This document shows, piece by piece, positions 7,624 through 13,237 of a stretch of DNA of 13,237 nucleotides. The stretch lies in the UHGV virus genome UHGV-0118721; one strand, 5' to 3'. How positions within the stretch are numbered: the stretch's first letter is position 1; every line of letters begins with the position of its first letter. The stretch is from a virus. Position numbers and translations under genes: made by a program. Below the pieces are notes generated by a model. The model was not told where the DNA came from. It did no database searches and was given only the letters and a program-made list of their open reading frames with translations.

Positions 7624-7960
7624 TCGCTTAAACGATAATATTGTGATTTTGCCGATTATTATTTGATTTATAAAGTGATTTATTTTTGTATGAGATGCGT
7701 GATATGCTCAAAAAAACACCAGGCGGGGATATTGATATGGGTTTAGGAATGGATATGTCACGTGATGAGCTGCTGGAAGATCGCGCTGCTTTCATGGCTG
7801 GCGAGATTGGCGGTGCAGTTGTCGAGTAGATAATCAACGGTGTGGTGATAAGTCGAGATGCGATAGTAGATAGCTTGGAGACTAAGCGTCGCGCGGTTGG
7901 AAATGTGATTCACAAAGGAGTGTTGTGGGATGTCACTGCTATGGTGAGAAAAGGAATATG

Positions 7961-7983
7961 AAAACCGGCATAATGCCGGTTTA
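7961..7983 (-). terminator. Intrinsic terminator after the membrane-protein gene (analogous in position to lambda tIMM)
   Basis: Minus-strand RNA: stop UAA, then stem ACCGGCA / loop UUA / UGCCGGU (7964-7980), then UUUUCAUAUUCCUUUU. The palindrome also reads as a hairpin on the + strand. Confidence 0.6.
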
Positions 7984-8610
7984 CTTTGATTTTTCCTGTT
8001 GGTGAAGTACTCGTGGAGTAGTTGGTTCTTGAGGTAATTGGATGATAACAGGTTGCTGCGCTACTGGTTGAACTACGGGCGGATCACTCTTCAAGGCAGA
8101 AACAAGACTAGGTAATGCAACGACAACCGCAATGATAACGCCAAAAATAGCAAGCCTAGTGGAAATACCTGATTGAATACCGCCAATCGCAGTGTTTATT
8201 CCTGTAATTTGCCCTTGTATACCTTCGAATTTGCCATTGATGGCTTTTACATCCCCATCAACGCTATCCATTTTCCCTTCAATTTTAGAAGAAATAGAGC
8301 TAATAGATGAATTGAGCGATGCCAGCTGAACGTTCATATTCTCGCGTGACAAAGCCATTTCAGCTCTAATCGAAGATGCAATGGACTCCATCTCCGCCTT
8401 ATTGGCAGCTAGAAGTGCTTGCATTTCTTCACGGCTAACTGATGACATTTCATTTCCCCCATCAGTTTCATTAGCTTCATCTGTTGATTTGATAAAGTTA
8501 GTATACATTTCTTCTTTATCGACGCGTAGTCTGTTTTGAACATTGGGGTACAGGTCATCTTTATCAATGCCAGAACCGCAGTCTGGGACAGCTTTGAGAG
8601 ATGGGCCCAT
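7981..8610 (-). CDS. Membrane-anchored coiled-coil protein (209 aa): N-terminal soluble coiled-coil region, one transmembrane helix, Pro/Gln-rich C-terminal tail; candidate exclusion/abortive-infection effector
   Basis: ATG at 8610 overlaps the upstream gene stop (ATGA); the track's GTG at 8613 is one codon upstream. Heptad-like Ser/Ile-rich region (SLNSSISSISSKIEG...GIQGQITGINTAIGGIQSGIS), hydrophobic helix LAIFGVIIAVVVALPSLVSAL, then tail PPVVQPVAQQPVIIQLPQEPTTP. Low-GC sequence. Confidence 0.75.
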   Translation of the reverse strand: MGPSLKAVPDCGSGIDKDDLYPNVQNRLRVDKEEMYTNFIKSTDEANETDGGNEMSSVSREEMQALLAANKAEMESIASSIRAEMALSRENMNVQLASLNSSISSISSKIEGKMDSVDGDVKAINGKFEGIQGQITGINTAIGGIQSGISTRLAIFGVIIAVVVALPSLVSALKSDPPVVQPVAQQPVIIQLPQEPTTPRVLHQQEKSK

Positions 8611-8972
8611 CACTTCCCATCCTCTCCTTGATCTTCTTTTCTTTTATTAATCAGTGTCCTGGCTTTTTTATAAGAAAAAAGCAGTACATGTGCGCAGTGA
8701 TCACACGTGATTCGAAATAGTGGCATACCGCCAGGATATGTCACAGCACTATCAGTATCAGGTTTGTATTGTGCATAACTAAGTGTTTCGATCACATGAT
8801 GTTTTGGCTGATTTTCTTCTACATCAAGATCAAAGGCACCAACTACAGACCATGACTGGTTCCCGCAGATTTGGCAAGTTATTGGTTTTTTGAATGAATT
8901 TATGAAATCAATGAACTCATCCGCTGTGATAATCTCGGAGTTTGCTTCACTATGAAATAATTCCGATTTCAT
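8610..8972 (-). CDS. Zinc-ribbon protein (120 aa; CxxC at C33/C36 and C90/C93); first gene of a two-gene operon downstream of the repressor
   Basis: Track ORF starts at TTG 8996; the first ATG (8972) has SD AAGGA 8 nt upstream. Motifs ITCQICG and ITCDHCAH. Low-GC sequence, 44 nt after the repressor stop. No family recognised by eye. Confidence 0.7.
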   Translation of the reverse strand: MKSELFHSEANSEIITADEFIDFINSFKKPITCQICGNQSWSVVGAFDLDVEENQPKHHVIETLSYAQYKPDTDSAVTYPGGMPLFRITCDHCAHVLLFSYKKARTLINKRKEDQGEDGK

Positions 8973-9016
8973 AATTATGATCCTTTTCTGGGCCAAAGTA
9001 GATAAAAAGTACAGTT

Positions 9017-9700
9017 TTACAATCGGTTATACTTTATTGATTCATGAATCAATGCCTTACCCATTACGTAGAGTTGATCCTGATTACCTTCGTTAATGTA
9101 CCACTTCTCATAAGCTGAGTTATCAGACAAAACTGCCAACCTATCGCCCTGCATCTGCAAGCGCTTCACATGGAAATGTTGTCCGAAAACGAACGCATAA
9201 ACACCGTCGACCTTGAAGTTTCTTACAGAAATATCGAAAAACAATCTGTCACCAGACTGTATAGTTGGACACATGCTGTCGCCATCGACCGTCATTACTT
9301 TTACGTCTTCCTGAGAACGATTTCCGAAGAGTGAACGAGCGTGTTCGGTTGTGAACTCAATGGCGTGTAGAACCTCAACAAACTCAGAAATCATGAAAGA
9401 ACCTGGCCCCGCGCTAAATGTCAGGTCAAGTACGTCAACTCTGAATATGTTTGAGTCTTTTTTTGTCGCGGTAATGGGAGGCGGTAGCTGGCCATCGTTA
9501 CGCATCGGTCCGGATCCCGTGGAAAGCCATTCAGGGCGAACATTGAGAACAGAAGCTATCTCGACCGTTTTTCTTGAGCTTGATGCACCATTTAGCAGCT
9601 TGTTAACACTTGACTGTGCCATGCCAACTGCCTTAGCTAGCTTGCCCTGTGTATAACCCGCCTCATTCATTGCGCGATCTAATCGCTCAGAAAAACTCAT
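9017..9700 (-). CDS. CI-like prophage repressor: N-terminal XRE-type HTH plus C-terminal S24 (LexA-like) autopeptidase domain
   Basis: Start chosen at ATG 9700 (MSFSERLDRAMNEAGYTQGKLAKAVGMAQSSVNKLL = HTH). The track's upstream extension is read-through of the promoter region. C-terminal VDGDSMCPTIQSGDRLFFD...HFHVKRLQ matches the Ser/Lys dyad context of S24 peptidases. Confidence 0.9.
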   Translation of the reverse strand: MSFSERLDRAMNEAGYTQGKLAKAVGMAQSSVNKLLNGASSSRKTVEIASVLNVRPEWLSTGSGPMRNDGQLPPPITATKKDSNIFRVDVLDLTFSAGPGSFMISEFVEVLHAIEFTTEHARSLFGNRSQEDVKVMTVDGDSMCPTIQSGDRLFFDISVRNFKVDGVYAFVFGQHFHVKRLQMQGDRLAVLSDNSAYEKWYINEGNQDQLYVMGKALIHESIKYNRL

Positions 9701-9729
9701 TAAAGATACCCCCCTAATAACCTTCATAA

Positions 9730-9803
9730 ATATTATCGCCACAGCGATTAATAAGCAAAAAATCGCATAGGCGATTGACATTCGTTAAAGCGATAAACAT
9801 AAT
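9730..9803. promoter_or_regulatory. Divergent immunity switch: repressor promoter (minus; -35 TTGCTT 9753-9758, -10 TAATAT 9730-9735), rightward promoter (plus; -35 TTGACA 9775-9780, -10 CATAAT 9798-9803), and palindromic operators
   Basis: Both promoters have 17-nt spacers. Operator-like palindromes: AATCGC-ATAG-GCGATT (9761-9776, perfect arms, overlapping the rightward -35) and TTATCGC-CACA-GCGATTA (9733-9750, overlapping the repressor promoter spacer/-10). A further GCGAT half-site at 9790-9794 lies in the rightward spacer. Confidence 0.6.
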
Positions 9804-9830
9804 CAACCTAAATTGATAGAAGGAGCGATT

Positions 9831-10061
9831 ATGAAAAACCCTGCTGTAGAAAAAGCGATTGCAATCGCCGGTAGTCAGAAAGAGCTAGCGAAGCGATGTG
9901 GTAAGGCCCAATCCACGGTCTGTGACTGGTTAAATGGGAAAAAACAAATCTCCCCGATCCATGTTCCTGTTTTGGTAAAGGCAAGCGAAGGACAGATTCA
10001 AGCTCATGAATTCCGTCCCGACCTTCCTGAATTGTTTCCGCATCCACATTCAGCCGCCTGA
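9831..10061 (+). CDS. Cro-like / YdaS-family HTH regulator (76 aa)
   Basis: ATG at 9831 with SD AGGAG at 5-nt spacing (the track's TTG at 9813 is unlikely). HTH-like segment SQKELAKRCGKAQSTVCDWLNGKK. Divergent from the repressor across the operator region. Confidence 0.75.
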   Translation: MKNPAVEKAIAIAGSQKELAKRCGKAQSTVCDWLNGKKQISPIHVPVLVKASEGQIQAHEFRPDLPELFPHPHSAA

Positions 10062-10092
10062 CCGGCGGCGCTAACCATCAAGGGAAAGCACT

Positions 10093-10632
10093 ATGCAATC
10101 ACTTACGTTTTACCAGGATACAGGAGTACCGCAACAAGCGGTGATAAATCGCGCTCAAACCTATAAGGGGCCGTGTCACGAAGATATTCGAAATGCCGTT
10201 CGTTCATGGGCGGGTGTAGATGGTCAGGATGTCGTTTCTGCTCTGATCGTCGAAGAGTACCGGGCGCAGGGTGGTTATGACATCACTTTCCCTGACGATC
10301 TCTGCCGAAAGCGGCAGAAGCTTTTCCGCTTCCTGGATAACCATTTCAACAGCGAACGGTACCGTGAGAACGTTCGCCAGCTGACTCCGGCAATCCTGGC
10401 GGTCCTGCCGATTGAATACCGCAACCGTCTGCTACCAGAAGACAACGTTATGGCCCGCCTGGCTCGGCTGGAGAAAGAAACCAGCGAAGCGAAGATTGCC
10501 GTCGCAATGGATGCGCCACGCCATCAAAAGCTGAAAGAGTTGAGCGAGGGGATCGTGGAGATGTATCGCGTTGACCCTGGGTTAACCGGTCCACTGATGG
10601 AGATGGTGCAGATGATGCTGGGGGCTATATGA
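10093..10632 (+). CDS. YdaT-like (CII-position) regulatory protein (179 aa)
   Basis: SD AAGGGA upstream of the ATG. Lies immediately after the cro-like gene as ydaT does in Rac. Segments HEDIRNAVRSWAGVDGQDV and QKLFRFLDN resemble YdaT as I recall it; family assignment unverified. Confidence 0.5.
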   Translation: MQSLTFYQDTGVPQQAVINRAQTYKGPCHEDIRNAVRSWAGVDGQDVVSALIVEEYRAQGGYDITFPDDLCRKRQKLFRFLDNHFNSERYRENVRQLTPAILAVLPIEYRNRLLPEDNVMARLARLEKETSEAKIAVAMDAPRHQKLKELSEGIVEMYRVDPGLTGPLMEMVQMMLGAI

Positions 10633-10716
10633 CCGGTTCAAAAATGGCGAAAGCCGCGGTGCGCGAACACCAACGGCTTTCAGGTGCAAAAACAGTGCGT
10701 AATTGCGGAGAACAGT

Positions 10717-11625
10717 ATGTCAAACACCGCTGAAATAATCAATTTCCCAAATAAAACCGAACAACCGGGAGGTCGTATGGCCGACCTGTCGAACGGGTAT
10801 ACCAAGGTCGCTAACGAGATCCAACAGCTTAAGCCTCGCCTGAGACTGTCAGGCCGGGAATGGCAATGTTTTGAGGCGGTGATCTGGCTTACCTACGGCT
10901 GGAACAAGAAACAGGACCGCGTGACAAATACGGTTATTGCCGAGCTTACGGGCCTGAGCGATACGCATGTATCGGACGCGCTTAAGTCTCTCGCAGAACG
11001 CAAAATCATCTTTTCACAGAAGCAGGGCATGATGAAAATCGTCGGTGTAAACACTGACCTTTCAGCATGGATTTTAGACAAACCGGAAACGGGAAGAAAA
11101 TTCCCGAAAACGGGAAAATCCTTCCCGAAATCAGGAATAACCTTCCCGAAAACGGTAGACACCCAATACAAGAACAAGAACAGTATTAAAAGATCTTCGT
11201 CCGAGAATTCTGACGAATCCTCTGACGCACGTCTGAAGAAATTTTTATCAACTCATCCTGAAGCTGCGGTCTACACACCATCCGGTGCGAAGTGGGGCTC
11301 TGCTGAAGACCTCGAGACAGCTAAGTGGATTTCCTCCAGGGTGAAGCTGATTAACCCAACCTGCAAAGCCCCGGACATGACCTCCTGGTCTAACACTGTT
11401 CGCCTGATGCGCCAGATAGACAACCGGTCGCACCAGGACATCTGCGCGCTGTATGACTGGGCTAGCAAACACCACTTCTGGCAGACCAACATCCTGAGTC
11501 CCGAAAGCCTGCGTAAGCAGTGGGACAAGCTGACAATGCAGCGTAACGCCGGAGGTGAGCAGCGCGCTGTCAAGCCAGATCTGGACTTCAACAACACTGA
11601 CTGGGCCTATGGGGTGATCCGATGA
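10717..11625 (+). CDS. O: Replication initiation protein, lambda O-like (302 aa)
   Basis: Start at ATG 10717 (SD GGAG, 7-nt spacing; the track's GTG at 10684 is unlikely). N-terminus MSNTAEIINF...ADLSNGYTKVANE...LTYGWNK closely parallels lambda O (MTNTAKILNF...ADLDDGYARLSN...KTYGWNK). Iteron repeats lie inside the gene as in lambda. Confidence 0.85.
   Translation: MSNTAEIINFPNKTEQPGGRMADLSNGYTKVANEIQQLKPRLRLSGREWQCFEAVIWLTYGWNKKQDRVTNTVIAELTGLSDTHVSDALKSLAERKIIFSQKQGMMKIVGVNTDLSAWILDKPETGRKFPKTGKSFPKSGITFPKTVDTQYKNKNSIKRSSSENSDESSDARLKKFLSTHPEAAVYTPSGAKWGSAEDLETAKWISSRVKLINPTCKAPDMTSWSNTVRLMRQIDNRSHQDICALYDWASKHHFWQTNILSPESLRKQWDKLTMQRNAGGEQRAVKPDLDFNNTDWAYGVIR
11081..11161 (+). repeat. Origin-of-replication iterons within the O-like gene: about four 20-22 bp repeats (consensus TTCCCGAAAACGGGAAAA), followed by an AT-rich stretch (11162-11260)
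   Basis: Copies at 11084-11097 (CCGGAAACGGGAAG), 11102-11119, 11124-11141 and 11144-11161. Each contains an internal inverted repeat (TTCCCG/CGGGAA). They encode the FPK(T/S)G peptide repeat. The downstream segment is AT-rich. Confidence 0.6.
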
Positions 11626-12311
11626 AATCTCTTGCAGAGCAGGTGCGTAACCACGACCGCGAGCAGATGAGCCGCATGGCCCATAACCTGCCAGAGCAGT
11701 ACCAGGAGTGCGCGCCGGTCGAGCAGGTGGCGCAGGTATTCAACAAGCTGTTCAACGAGCTGCGCGCCGCGTTCCCGGCCAGCATGGCGAACTTCCGCAC
11801 CCAGGAAGACCTGAACGAATTCCGCCGTCAGTGGCTGCTGGCGTTTCAGGAGAACGGGATCCACACCATGGCTCAGGTCGATGCCGGCATGCGCATTGCC
11901 CGCCGCCAGGAGCGCCCATTCCTGCCGTCGCCGGGCCAGTTTGTCGCCTGGTGCAAGCAGAGCGGCGGCGCGCTGGGCGTCAACGTTGACCAGGTGATCG
12001 CCGAATACTGGGACTGGCGTAACCGCTCGTTCGAATTCATCTCCAGCGAGCAATTTCCATGGTCGCAGCCGGTCATGTACCACATTTGCGTAGAATTGCG
12101 CCACCGCAGCACCGAGCGCCAGTTAACGCATGGTGAACTGGCACGCGAGGCAGGCGATCTGCTGGACATGTGGGAAAGGCGCGTCACCGAGGGTAAGCCA
12201 GTGCCGCCGGTACGCCGGGCTATTGCCGCACCAGCTGCCGAGCAAGGGCCGACGCCGATCCAGCTGCTGCTGGCCAAGTACAACCGCAACAAGTCGAACG
12301 GGATGGTGTGA
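11622..12311 (+). CDS. P: Replication protein P-like (lambda P family, DnaB helicase loader)
   Basis: Translation MKSLAEQVRNHDREQMSRMAHNLPEQYQ...RPFLPSPGQFVAWCKQ parallels lambda P (MKNIAAQMVNFDREQMRRIANNMPEQYD...RPFLPSPGQFVAWCRE). Start overlaps the O stop (ATGA). Confidence 0.85.
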   Translation: MKSLAEQVRNHDREQMSRMAHNLPEQYQECAPVEQVAQVFNKLFNELRAAFPASMANFRTQEDLNEFRRQWLLAFQENGIHTMAQVDAGMRIARRQERPFLPSPGQFVAWCKQSGGALGVNVDQVIAEYWDWRNRSFEFISSEQFPWSQPVMYHICVELRHRSTERQLTHGELAREAGDLLDMWERRVTEGKPVPPVRRAIAAPAAEQGPTPIQLLLAKYNRNKSNGMV

Positions 12312-12312
12312 C

Positions 12313-12657
12313 ATGAACATAACAATCCGTGAGCAGGTGCTGGCAGCCCTGCGCAACAACCCAGGGTTGAACAACGCCAAACTGGCAGGGCTTATCGGCA
12401 TGGACACCAAAAAGATATCCGGAACGGTGAGCACGCTGCTGGCAGACGGCCTGATCCGCTGCGAAGGAAAATACGGCCAGCGCCTTTACAGCCTGACCAG
12501 CTACGGAATGCGCTTCGCCCCTGACACGATACCTGGCATGAAGCAGGGTAAGTCGAAGTTAATTCAGCGGACGGACACAAACGTGATCTGCCAGGAGTTC
12601 CGCAACAGCGCGGCGATGAAGCGAGTATTGATGGTTTGGGGGAGGGCAGGGGTATGA
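12313..12657 (+). CDS. ren: Ren-like protein (114 aa)
   Basis: Starts 1 nt after the P stop. C-terminus ICQEFRNSAAMKRVLMVWG parallels lambda Ren (FKECRQSAAMKRVLAVYG); the mid-region alignment is also plausible. The track ORF 12130..12657 includes an out-of-context N-terminal extension. Confidence 0.6.
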   Translation: MNITIREQVLAALRNNPGLNNAKLAGLIGMDTKKISGTVSTLLADGLIRCEGKYGQRLYSLTSYGMRFAPDTIPGMKQGKSKLIQRTDTNVICQEFRNSAAMKRVLMVWGRAGV

Positions 12658-13187
12658 GCAATAAATACGAAGATCTGATTAAAAGCGCCAGGATGAATGC
12701 CGATTGTGGTGAGCACATGTCACCGGCAGAAGTTACGACTCTCCTTAACGTGGTTGAAGCCAAGTGCGCGGCGCTGGCTGCGGAGTTGAGTGCAATTGAA
12801 GCAATTCACAATGACGCGGTGTTCATCACCGATGCTCATTACGATCAATGCCATCCAGAAGTACAGAAGATTATCGGAGCTCTGGCTGTGCTGCAGATTC
12901 CTGCGTACCAGGCTTTCCTGGCTGAAGTGCGGGCGCAAGCCCACAAGGAAGGCGCTCACTTTGTTGCCAACCGAATGCTGGCTGCATGGGAGGCTGGGTT
13001 TATCGAAGACACAGCGAAGAACGCTGCGGACATCGCACGAATGATACTGACCTCCACAGAGTTTATGGATGATGCGCCGGAAGGCGATTTCGATCGCTCG
13101 TTCGCTGATGGTGTACTCGAAGACATCGCCGCCCAGATTCGCAAGGGGGAGCGCAATGGACCAACATCGAGGAAGAAAAATACCTGA
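12654..13187 (+). CDS. Hypothetical protein (177 aa), nin-region position
   Basis: ATG at 12654 overlaps the ren-like stop (ATGA); purine-rich GGGAGGGCAGGGG upstream. No family recognised by eye. Confidence 0.55.
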   Translation: MSNKYEDLIKSARMNADCGEHMSPAEVTTLLNVVEAKCAALAAELSAIEAIHNDAVFITDAHYDQCHPEVQKIIGALAVLQIPAYQAFLAEVRAQAHKEGAHFVANRMLAAWEAGFIEDTAKNAADIARMILTSTEFMDDAPEGDFDRSFADGVLEDIAAQIRKGERNGPTSRKKNT

Positions 13188-13237
13188 GCCGTCACGACCT
13201 GACGGGACGGACGGTACTGGTGGATTGTGTCACGCTA

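Noticed and set aside
7628-7837. Minus-strand 69 aa ORF in the AT-rich spacer
   Set aside because: Translation is extreme low-complexity (SSSSSS, PPISP), lacks an SD and spans the predicted promoter/operator region. More likely non-coding.
9351-9656. Plus-strand 101 aa ORF inside the repressor gene and minus-strand ORF 9829..10047 inside the cro-like gene
   Set aside because: Antisense to genes with clear domain signatures and regulatory context.
9701-9781. N-terminal 27-residue extension of the repressor ORF (track start 9781)
   Set aside because: The extension reads through the operator/promoter sequence and would place the promoter inside the gene. The ATG at 9700 begins exactly at the HTH domain.
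11248-12763. Several minus-strand ORFs of 70-165 aa (e.g. 11607..12104, 11873..12325, 12392..12763) overlapping the O, P and ren-like genes
   Set aside because: They lie antisense to + strand genes with strong lambda O/P/Ren similarity in a GC-rich region where long spurious frames are expected. Their translations are Arg/Ala/Ser-rich low-complexity with no SD context.
13156-13237. Possible start of a further gene at ATG 13156 running off the window end
   Set aside because: Only 27 codons are visible and the translation is Gly/Arg-rich. A more protein-like frame (TNIEEEKYLSRHDL...) has no start codon in the window. Cannot be evaluated without downstream sequence.
1-13237. CRISPR array, tRNA, rRNA or insertion sequence
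   Set aside because: No regularly spaced short repeats with unique spacers, no cloverleaf-compatible tRNA-like segments and no transposase-like ORFs or terminal inverted repeats were seen. The only periodic repeats are in-frame coding repeats (recE) and ori iterons.

Overview
This 13.2 kb window reads as the left arm and immunity/replication core of a lambdoid (Rac-like) enterobacterial prophage. In order: a tyrosine integrase (+) facing an excisionase-like gene (-); a leftward recombination operon with RecE-like exonuclease and RecT-like annealing protein; several small leftward early genes plus one embedded rightward zinc-finger gene; a candidate pL-like promoter; an AT-rich two-gene operon (zinc-ribbon protein plus membrane-anchored coiled-coil protein) directly downstream of a CI-like HTH/S24-peptidase repressor, i.e. 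in the position lambda uses for rexAB; a divergent promoter/operator switch; a Cro/YdaS-like gene, a YdaT/CII-like gene, lambda O-like and P-like replication genes with ori-type iterons inside O, a Ren-like gene and one further gene. No tRNA, rRNA or CRISPR array was seen. All functional calls rest on reading the translations and motifs by eye; no database search was run. The most interesting candidate is the unrecognised two-gene module at 7981-8972.
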